The notes below the pieces were generated by a model. It had not been told where the DNA came from, searched no databases, and saw only the letters and a list, made by a program, of their open reading frames with translations. From Candidatus Diapherotrites archaeon CG08_land_8_20_14_0_20_30_16 (GTDB lineage Archaea > Iainarchaeota > Iainarchaeia > Iainarchaeales > 0-14-0-20-30-16), in NCBI GenBank assembly GCA_002779075.1, contig PEXK01000049.1:1490-23167 (forward strand): DNA of 21,678 bases, read 5' to 3'. The position numbers and the translations under genes were made by a program. Shown one piece after another: positions 1 through 6,732 of the stretch. The first letter of the stretch is position 1; each line of letters starts with the position of its first letter.

Positions 1-86
1 AAAAGACTGCGGGCCATTAAATGTAGACGATGGGCTATTCACTTGTTTTTTAATTATAACTAACAAAACAAGCTAAAGGAATTACT

Positions 87-260
87 ATGTTAGCAAAGTT
101 TTTGAAAGAAGAAAAAGCACAGGGCAACATGAACATGGTTTATATGATTCTTGTTATTGGTATTGTTGCTGTTGTTTTAATTGGTGTAATAAAACCTATG
201 TTCAGGCAAAGTGTAACTGTTGCAAAAGCACAGCCTGTTGAAGCACCAACAACAAAATAA
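87..260 (+). CDS. small (57 aa) predicted single-pass membrane protein, below the ORF-track size cutoff
   Basis: ATG at 87 and TAA at 258-260. Translation is MLAKFLKEEKAQGNMNMVYMILVIGIVAVVLIGVIKPMFRQSVTVAKAQPVEAPTTK: a charged N-terminus followed by a hydrophobic helix of about 20 residues. AAAGGA lies just upstream as a weak RBS. The layout resembles archaeal prepilin-like (class III signal) small proteins, but the canonical motif is not seen. Confidence 0.35.
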   Translation: MLAKFLKEEKAQGNMNMVYMILVIGIVAVVLIGVIKPMFRQSVTVAKAQPVEAPTTK

Positions 261-473
261 TTCATATGGTGTATACTTTCAAAAATTCTTTTTTTATCTT
301 TTTAATTAGTTTTTTCATTTACAACCTAATTCATAAGAACAATTTATGTAGCTTTAAAAAAATAGTGCGAGATAGTTACACACAAATACATCAATTAGTT
401 TAAAAATACTTTCTCTTTTTTTGTTTTTAATTTTGAATTTTGATTTTCTTTTGAAACTATTTTGGGTGTTAAA

Positions 474-2072
474 ATGAAATATATTGTTGTTACTGGCGGG
501 GTGGTTAGTGGTATAGGAAAGGGCGTAGCTAGCGCATCAATAGCAAAACTAATTCAAACTAATTACGATCTTAAAGTTATGCCAATTAAATGTGATGGCT
601 ACTTAAATGTTGATCCTGGTACAATGAACCCAATTGAGCATGGCGAAGTATTTGTAATGGACGATGGTGGCGAAGTTGATATGGACTTCGGACATTATGA
701 AAGATTCTTAAATATTACAACAAAATTTTCTTGGAATTTAACAATGGGAAAAATATTATCATCAATTATAGAAAAAGAACGTAAAGGTCTTTTTTTGGGC
801 AAGACTACTCAATTTATTCCTCATGTAACAAATGAAATTTTAGAAAATTTTATTAGATTACCAGAAAAAGAAAATTGTGATGTTTGTGTTATTGAAATTG
901 GTGGCACAATTGGGGATTTAGAAAATGCATTTTATGTTGAAGCAGTAAGACAATTGCAAATGAAATTTGGAAAAGATAATGTTATTTTTGTGCATTTAAC
1001 TTATGTGCCTATGTTAAGCAATGTGGGTGAACAAAAAAGTAAACCTACTCAACAAAGTGTACATTTATTGATGGAACAAGGAATATTTCCTGATTTTATT
1101 TTAGGCAGAGCAAAAGATCCATTAAGTTCAGCAATAAAAGAAAAAATTGGAATGTATTCTAATTTAGATGAAGACAATATTATATCAGCACCAGATGTAT
1201 CTAATATTTATGATATTCCGCTTAATTTTGCAAAAGAAAAATTAGATAAAAAAATTGGCACAAAATTAAAACTATTGGGTTATAAGAACAGAATGAATTT
1301 GTGGGCTGATTTATTACATAAAATGAAAAACTCAAAAACTAAAAAGAAAATATTAATTGCTGGGAAATATACTGCTTTGCATGATTCATATGCAAGTGTA
1401 ATAGAAGCAATAAAACATGCTTCTGCACATTTAAGCATTAAACCAGAAATTGTTTGGTTAGATACTTCTTATTTAACCTATGAGCAAGCAAAAACAAAAT
1501 TAAAAGATATTGATGCAATTATTGTTCCTGGTGGTTTTGGATCCAGAGGTACAGAAGGAAAAATAAATGTTATTAAATATGCTAGAGAAAATAATATTCC
1601 CTATTTGGGATTGTGTTTTGGTTTGCAATTAGCAACAATTGAATATGCAAGAACTGTTTGTGGTTTAAAAGATGCAAACAGCACAGAAATAAATACAGAA
1701 ACTACAAATCCTATAATTGATATTTTGCCAGAGCAAAAAGATGTAGACAAAAAAGGACACACTATGCGTTTGGGTTCACAATTAGCAAATTTAAAACCAA
1801 ATTCATTAACATCTAAATTATATAATTCTCACAACGCTTCAGAAAGACATCGACATAGATATGAAGTTAATCCTGATTATCACAAAATATTAGAAGACAA
1901 AGGTTTAATATTATCTGGATTATCTCCAAATGGAAGGTTAGTTGAATACATTGAGTTACCAAAAGAAAAACACAAATACTTTATTGCAACTCAGGCACAT
2001 CCTGAATTAAAATCTAAATTCGAAGAACCAAATCCTTTATTTTTTGGATTATTAAAAGCTACTTTGGAGTAG
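474..2072 (+). CDS. pyrG: CTP synthase (glutamine-hydrolysing)
   Basis: N-terminal MKYIVVTGGVVSGIGKG is the classic PyrG start. The C-terminal amidotransferase half has the GLCFGLQ nucleophile Cys and HRHRYEVN. GGGTG Shine-Dalgarno lies 5 nt upstream of ATG 474. The track ORF begins at an upstream TTG (462), which I consider less likely. Confidence 0.95.
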   Translation: MKYIVVTGGVVSGIGKGVASASIAKLIQTNYDLKVMPIKCDGYLNVDPGTMNPIEHGEVFVMDDGGEVDMDFGHYERFLNITTKFSWNLTMGKILSSIIEKERKGLFLGKTTQFIPHVTNEILENFIRLPEKENCDVCVIEIGGTIGDLENAFYVEAVRQLQMKFGKDNVIFVHLTYVPMLSNVGEQKSKPTQQSVHLLMEQGIFPDFILGRAKDPLSSAIKEKIGMYSNLDEDNIISAPDVSNIYDIPLNFAKEKLDKKIGTKLKLLGYKNRMNLWADLLHKMKNSKTKKKILIAGKYTALHDSYASVIEAIKHASAHLSIKPEIVWLDTSYLTYEQAKTKLKDIDAIIVPGGFGSRGTEGKINVIKYARENNIPYLGLCFGLQLATIEYARTVCGLKDANSTEINTETTNPIIDILPEQKDVDKKGHTMRLGSQLANLKPNSLTSKLYNSHNASERHRHRYEVNPDYHKILEDKGLILSGLSPNGRLVEYIELPKEKHKYFIATQAHPELKSKFEEPNPLFFGLLKATLE

Positions 2073-2150
2073 CTTTTATATCTTCTATTTTAAATATCAT
2101 AAAGATTTGCTAAGAGCATCTAACTATATCTTAAAAGATATTGCTTAACT

Positions 2151-2167
2151 ACTAATATAGTATTAGT
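2151..2167. terminator. palindrome ACTAATA-TAG-TATTAGT between convergent pyrG and the CYTH gene; possible bidirectional terminator hairpin
   Basis: Perfect 7-bp inverted repeat with a 3-nt spacer, read directly. It sits inside a looser ACTACTA...TAGTAGT symmetry (2148-2188). There is no strong flanking T-run. Confidence 0.25.
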
Positions 2168-2231
2168 TACTAATAGTGAGGTAGTAGTAAACTATTTAAA
2201 TCCTTTGATACAAGATAAATTAAAGAACATA

Positions 2232-2786
2232 TTACAATAACTTCTTGTTAGCAGTAATATATCTGCTTATTCTATCATTGAAGTCTTTTGGGTCTATAGG
2301 TTCAACATTCAATCTTTTGAAAATGGATCTTATGTTTCTTTCATGTATTAATGAATTTTCATCTTCGCTTAAATATTCTACTTCCAAAACATATGCAAAA
2401 TCTTTAATATCCTGCAAATAAATTATATATTTAAATTCTTCCATTTGAATTTCAAATTCTTGTTTGTGTTTTATCCAAGAAGGATCTTTTTGAGGATTGA
2501 TTTGTTCAAAGACCTCACACATTTTATCAAAATCTTCTTTATTTTCAAAAGATAGTTTTAATTCTTTTCTTACAATACAAGTAGGATCTCCTTCTTTGCA
2601 AATTAGCTCAAAGATTCTATTAGAATACCTAAGACTAACATCTCCAGGCCTGTATCTTGTAGAGTGTATTAAATCATCATTTATTTTTGTGTAGTCTTTA
2701 GGGAGCCTCTCTGAAAGCCGATCATATTGCTCTTTCTTAAGTAATGCTTTTAACTCTATTTCGTAAAAGGATTCAAAAGAAACCAT
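2232..2786 (-). CDS. CYTH-domain protein (triphosphate tunnel metalloenzyme; CyaB/ThTPase-like)
   Basis: ExExK signature YEIELK near the N-terminus, basic strand residues (TRYRPGDVSLRY) and the acidic C-terminal strand VLEVEYL. The start lies 9 nt after the stop of the upstream 196-aa ORF, so the two are probably co-transcribed. Confidence 0.8.
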   Translation of the reverse strand: MVSFESFYEIELKALLKKEQYDRLSERLPKDYTKINDDLIHSTRYRPGDVSLRYSNRIFELICKEGDPTCIVRKELKLSFENKEDFDKMCEVFEQINPQKDPSWIKHKQEFEIQMEEFKYIIYLQDIKDFAYVLEVEYLSEDENSLIHERNIRSIFKRLNVEPIDPKDFNDRISRYITANKKLL

Positions 2787-2795
2787 TGCACAACA

Positions 2796-3386
2796 CTAAT
2801 CTACAACATACCCTTTAAGTCTCAACAACCTGTTGTAATATTCCGGACTATATATTTTGTCTTTTCCCTGTCTTATTGCTTCTTTAAAAGTATTAGCTAA
2901 CAAATCATAGTCTGCTTTATGCCCTCTAACTAAACAATTATGGCCTAAAACAGTTAAATAAGCATTTAACATACCTGTTTCCATCAAAGCCTTTACTTTT
3001 GCTTCTGTTTCTGGATATTTTCTAGCAATATATTTTGCACAATCTTCTCTAAATGTTTCTACAGTGTATTTTCCTTCTTTTTGATATTTTCTATTGAAAT
3101 ACTGCTCCAAACCATTTGCAACAACGAACCTCAAAAGAGTTTCAAGTTTGCCTACACCGCCTTTAGTTACTACTTCATCAAAAAGAGCATCCATTTCTTC
3201 AACTAATTTTCTTCTAACTTTTATATATCTCTCTTCCAACCTTCTTGCTGCTATTTCTCTTCCTGCACCTTTAGCAATTGCTCCTGAAGCAGAAATTCTT
3301 TCCAGCAAGGGTTTTCTTTGTAGGTATTTTGCACCACCAAACGATTCCAAACCGCGCGTTATAGACCACATTGGCTTTTCAGGCAT
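2796..3386 (-). CDS. hypothetical protein, 196 aa, basic and apparently all-helical, no family recognised
   Basis: Strong Shine-Dalgarno GAGGTG 5 nt upstream of ATG 3386. The frame is uninterrupted. The region is visibly less AT-rich than its neighbours. It sits directly upstream of the CYTH gene on the same strand. Confidence 0.6.
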   Translation of the reverse strand: MPEKPMWSITRGLESFGGAKYLQRKPLLERISASGAIAKGAGREIAARRLEERYIKVRRKLVEEMDALFDEVVTKGGVGKLETLLRFVVANGLEQYFNRKYQKEGKYTVETFREDCAKYIARKYPETEAKVKALMETGMLNAYLTVLGHNCLVRGHKADYDLLANTFKEAIRQGKDKIYSPEYYNRLLRLKGYVVD

Positions 3387-3497
3387 CTTAACACCTCATA
3401 AAATAGATATTCCTGTATAATGTATATTAAAATACTATTTATACCTTTCCCTTCATAATTTATTATTATATAAAATTATTGTGTTTGGTGGGATAAT

Positions 3498-4733
3498 ATG
3501 CGCATTGCAATTATATCAGATACTCATTTTGGTTACAAAGAAGGCACAGAATTGGAACAAGATTGTTACTTTAACTTTGAGCAAGCCTTAGACTATAGCA
3601 TGAGGAACTGCGATTTGATTCTAATGCCTGGCGATTTATTTGATTTGGAAGAGCCAAGCCAGAAAACACTGAACTCAGTTTTCCAAATATTCGGAGAATA
3701 CATAAAAGACCAAAAATGGGTCCCTAAAACAACAAAAAAAAAATTATTAAAGGTGCCAATAGTAGCAATTGCGGGTACACATGAATACAAAGGCAAAGAC
3801 TACACATCACCAATAGATGTTTTGGAAAGTGCAAATTACATTTATCAATTAAAAAACTCAAACCTCACATTTGATAATGTGACAATTTGTGGAATGACAG
3901 GCGTGCCAGAAAAAGTTGCAAAACAACTCATAACTAAAATTGGGTTTGAACCTATTGAAAAATCACTAAATATTTTTATGACTCATCAAAGTTACACAGA
4001 ACTTTTAGCATTTGATGATGAAATGGTATCAACTCTTTCTTTAGAAGATTTACCCAAAGGGTTTGATTTATATATTAATGGTCACATACACAAAAAGAAC
4101 TTGATAAATACTTCCAATGGACCTTTTTTGATTCCTGGGTCAACAATAATAACACAAATTAAAAAGAATGAAATTCTTGAAAAAAGAGGATTTTACATTT
4201 ATGACACAATTACAAAAGAATTAGAATTTCTTGAAATACCTTTGCAGAGAAAATATTTTTATTTTGAAATAAATGAAACCAGCACAACAAAACAAGAATT
4301 AATAAACAAAATTAATGCGAAGATAAATGAAATAAAAACTTGCAAAATAACTACAAAATACAATAACAAGGAATTGATATTAAAACCAGTTCTTAAAGTG
4401 AAGATCTCTGCAAAGCTAGCACTAAATGAAACAACAAACCTAAATGAAAAGGACATACTTGCTCAAGATGTAATCTTATTGTTAGATAAAAAAATAGAGG
4501 TTGAAGAGTTAAAAAACAAAATAGAAGCAATAAATTTTGAACAGGACAGGATAAATGCATTAGAAAACTCGAAAAAGATTTTTGAAAAAAATTTAATAGA
4601 TGCTGGTTTCAAAGAAACAATAGACATAGATACACTAATTAATACCTTGAAGGAAAAAGACAATGAAAAAACAGTCAACCTCATATTGGACAGAATAAAA
4701 AAGGATTTAGAAGATCAAGAATCTAAAATATAA
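3498..4733 (+). CDS. mre11: Mre11-like calcineurin-type phosphoesterase (DNA repair nuclease family), with no adjacent rad50
   Basis: Ordered phosphoesterase motifs match archaeal Mre11: ISDTHFGY (I), PGDLFD (II), IAGTHE (III), MTHQ (IV), NGHIHK (V) and IPGS. The C-terminal third is K/E/N-rich and looks like coiled coil. GGTGG Shine-Dalgarno precedes ATG 3498. Motifs II and III deviate from the canonical GDLFH and GNHD. Confidence 0.75.
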   Translation: MRIAIISDTHFGYKEGTELEQDCYFNFEQALDYSMRNCDLILMPGDLFDLEEPSQKTLNSVFQIFGEYIKDQKWVPKTTKKKLLKVPIVAIAGTHEYKGKDYTSPIDVLESANYIYQLKNSNLTFDNVTICGMTGVPEKVAKQLITKIGFEPIEKSLNIFMTHQSYTELLAFDDEMVSTLSLEDLPKGFDLYINGHIHKKNLINTSNGPFLIPGSTIITQIKKNEILEKRGFYIYDTITKELEFLEIPLQRKYFYFEINETSTTKQELINKINAKINEIKTCKITTKYNNKELILKPVLKVKISAKLALNETTNLNEKDILAQDVILLLDKKIEVEELKNKIEAINFEQDRINALENSKKIFEKNLIDAGFKETIDIDTLINTLKEKDNEKTVNLILDRIKKDLEDQESKI

Positions 4734-5917
4734 ATTAAATCCCCTTTTCTAACTTGTTCATTTACTTTTATTCCAACATCCTGCCCTCGTTTTACTGTAC
4801 TGACTTTGTTTCTTTCAAATTCAACAGATTCTAATTTCTGTCTGAAATAAGTTATTGAGCCTTGAACAACAATTTCTTTTCCTACTTCAAAATTTAAATC
4901 AGCATTTATTTCTGCAACCCCTGGTTTTGCAAAATATTTTCTTACTCTTCCAATACAAACCAGCTTACTTGTTCTTTCGCTTTGTTTTTTTGGCTGTATT
5001 CCTGTATGGTCTGGTTCTCTTAAATAAAAACCAGAAATAAATCCTCTGTTAAAAACAGTGCTTAATTGTTTTTCTAATTTTGCTTTTGCATTTTTTGTCA
5101 ATTTGTTATTTTGTGCTAATTGCAGAGCTTCTTTGTAAACTTTTGTTGTTAAATAAATATAATCTGGACCTTTGTTTCTTCCTTCAATCTTAAATCCAGT
5201 TGGATTTAATTGTACCAGTTTTTCAAAGAAAGGAATTGTGCACAAATCTTTTGAACTAATTATTCTATTTCCATATATTTCTGCTTTATTGCCCTGCTCT
5301 TCTCCTTCTAAATACCAAACTCTTCTGCAAGGGTTTGTACACTTTCCCCTATTAGCACTTTTATCGTGGAAATATAAACTCATGAAACATCTTCCAGAGA
5401 CAGAAATACACAAACTGCCGTGCACAAATATTTCTAATTCAATTTTTGTCTTCTTTCTTATCTCTTTTATTTGTTTAAGTGACAATTCTCTTGCTAAAAC
5501 AATTCTTTTTGCTCCACATTTCACTAGAAAATTACAAGCAGAAGAATTAGAAACAGACATTTGTGTACTAATATGAATTGGTATTTTCAATCTGTGGGAT
5601 TCTTGAAATATTAAAAAATCTGAGCATATAACTGCATCAATTTTTGCTTTCTTTGAGACATTTAGAATTCTTTTTACTAGTGACTGTTCTTTGTCATAAA
5701 CAATTGTGTTTAATGCCAAGTAGGCTTTAACTTTATTTTTATGACAATATTCTACAACCAAAGGCAATTCTTTTATAGTGAAGTTCTTGCCAAAGTCTCG
5801 CATGTTTAAGCCTTTGACACCAAAGTAAATAGCATCTGCTTTTGCTTTTACTGCAGCATACAAACATGGAAAATCTCCTACACCAGAGATAATTTCTATT
5901 CTGTTTTTATTAGGCAT
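4715..5917 (-). CDS. peptidase U32 family protein (probable Fe-S dependent U32 enzyme rather than a protease)
   Basis: U32 signature EIFVHGSLCISVSGRCFMS. Four cysteines are spaced CX6CX15CX3C (GSLCISVSGRCFMSLYFHDKSANRGKCTNPC). Its 3' end overlaps the mre11-like gene by 19 nt in convergent orientation. Confidence 0.88.
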   Translation of the reverse strand: MPNKNRIEIISGVGDFPCLYAAVKAKADAIYFGVKGLNMRDFGKNFTIKELPLVVEYCHKNKVKAYLALNTIVYDKEQSLVKRILNVSKKAKIDAVICSDFLIFQESHRLKIPIHISTQMSVSNSSACNFLVKCGAKRIVLARELSLKQIKEIRKKTKIELEIFVHGSLCISVSGRCFMSLYFHDKSANRGKCTNPCRRVWYLEGEEQGNKAEIYGNRIISSKDLCTIPFFEKLVQLNPTGFKIEGRNKGPDYIYLTTKVYKEALQLAQNNKLTKNAKAKLEKQLSTVFNRGFISGFYLREPDHTGIQPKKQSERTSKLVCIGRVRKYFAKPGVAEINADLNFEVGKEIVVQGSITYFRQKLESVEFERNKVSTVKRGQDVGIKVNEQVRKGDLIYILDS

Positions 5918-5962
5918 AAATAATATAGATAATATAATTATATAAATTAGCTTTGTATTACT

Positions 5963-6466
5963 TTAGAAGTCGATGCCTTGTTTAGCTTGAATACCTTTAT
6001 CATAATGATGTTTGATTTGTTTCATTTCTGTTACTATGTCTGCCATATCAATGAATTCTTTTGAGCATTTTCGTCCAGTTAAAACAACATCTACAGGTTC
6101 TATACAATGTTTTAAACACTCCAACACATCTTTTTTGTCTAATAACTCAAAATATATAGCAGTAAATAATTCGTCAACAACAATTAAATCATAGTCTTGA
6201 TAACTTGTTTTCAAAGTTTCAAAACCATATTTGCAAATGTTTATTAATTCTTTAGGAACTTCGCCTTTTTTGAAAAAACCGGTTATACCATAATTTATAG
6301 ATTTGAATTTTGGGAATGCACCTTCAAAAAATAAAATGCTTTTTTCTTTGTCTGGTTTCATAAATTGAACTAATAAAACTCTTTTTCCTAAAACTAAAGA
6401 TCTTAAAATAATACCAAAAGAACTTGTTGTTTTTCCTTTACCGTCTCCGGTATAAATAATTAACAT
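5963..6466 (-). CDS. cobA: cob(I)yrinic acid a,c-diamide / cob(I)alamin adenosyltransferase, CobA/CobO/BtuR type
   Basis: P-loop YTGDGKGKTT, VVDEL, and a C-terminal KHHYDKGIQAKQGIDF that closely mirrors the enterobacterial CobA tail (KHAFDAGVKAQIGIDY, from memory). GAGGG Shine-Dalgarno lies 8 nt upstream of the ATG. Confidence 0.9.
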   Translation of the reverse strand: MLIIYTGDGKGKTTSSFGIILRSLVLGKRVLLVQFMKPDKEKSILFFEGAFPKFKSINYGITGFFKKGEVPKELINICKYGFETLKTSYQDYDLIVVDELFTAIYFELLDKKDVLECLKHCIEPVDVVLTGRKCSKEFIDMADIVTEMKQIKHHYDKGIQAKQGIDF

Positions 6467-6546
6467 TATTTATCCCTCAAACGTTCACAAAAACTCTTAC
6501 CTACACTAGCCATTTTGTGGCCATCTCCAGTATAAACAATTAACAT
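6466..6546 (-). other. 26-codon upstream ORF, a degenerate tandem duplicate of the cobA 5' end
   Basis: Minus-strand translation is MLIVYTGDGHKMASVGKSFCERLRDK*. Its first 26 nt match the cobA start at 23 of 26 positions (cobA begins MLIIYTGDG). Its TAA overlaps the cobA ATG as TAATG. Confidence 0.3.
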
Positions 6547-6603
6547 AATATCACATTAATATATTTATTATTCATTGCATTTTCTTTTATAATTGTCAAA
6601 AAC

Positions 6604-6690
6604 TTTTCTTTTATGCTAAAGAAAGTGTAGAACATTTCTTTAACACAAATGTTTTACAAAGTGTCATAACTACCTAGTGATGACACAAGG
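6604..6690 (+). repeat. structured intergenic repeat, copy R1 (between the nrdJ 3' end and the cobA promoter)
   Basis: TTTTCTTTT (6604-6612), AAAGAAA (6618-6624), GTGTAGAACA, then TTTCTTT (6635-6641). This is followed by TTTACAAAGTGTCATAA and the hairpin GTGTCAT (6661-6667) / ATGACAC (6680-6686). Near-identical blocks recur at 16575-16725. Confidence 0.55.
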
Positions 6691-6711
6691 TGTTGACGCT
6701 TTTGGTGAACT

Positions 6712-6732
6712 TAAGCTTTTCTAAAAAGCTTA
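6712..6732 (-). terminator. 9-bp hairpin beginning at the nrdJ stop codon
   Basis: The minus-strand RNA would read UAAGCUUUU-UAG-AAAAGCUUA, a perfect 9-bp stem and 3-nt loop whose first three nt are the nrdJ TAA. The stem contains a U4-5 run (archaeal terminators are oligo-U), but no U-run follows the hairpin. Confidence 0.35.

Noticed and set aside
1-75. Possible 3' end of a + strand gene at the left edge (...KDCGPLNVDDGLFTCFLIITNKTS*), and a possible 3' end of a - strand gene at the right edge (21578-21678, ...NPEQVKPFDINKKGFGNATAWLCVNNINKIKM*)
   Set aside because: The fragments are too short (25 and 32 codons) to recognise, and alternative frames are also open. They cannot be supported as features.
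3734-3743. A10 run in the mre11-like gene, and the A8-G-A7-G-A7 tract in the second CYTH gene (18498-18521), as slippage or phase-variation sites
   Set aside because: Both encode in-frame lysine-rich stretches in a genome where poly-A/Lys tracts are compositionally expected. A single sequence gives no evidence of length variation.
6677-6683. GTGATGA in repeat R1 as a C box of a C/D sRNA
   Set aside because: There is no CTGA D box at a suitable distance. The heptamer is the 3' arm of the GTGTCAT/ATGACAC hairpin, and the R2 counterpart reads TGATGG.
6547-6729. Possible cobalamin riboswitch between the B12-dependent nrdJ and cobA
   Set aside because: I could not find anything resembling the conserved B12-box or the GC-rich core of cobalamin riboswitches. 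The same element recurs upstream of trkH, which has no B12 link.
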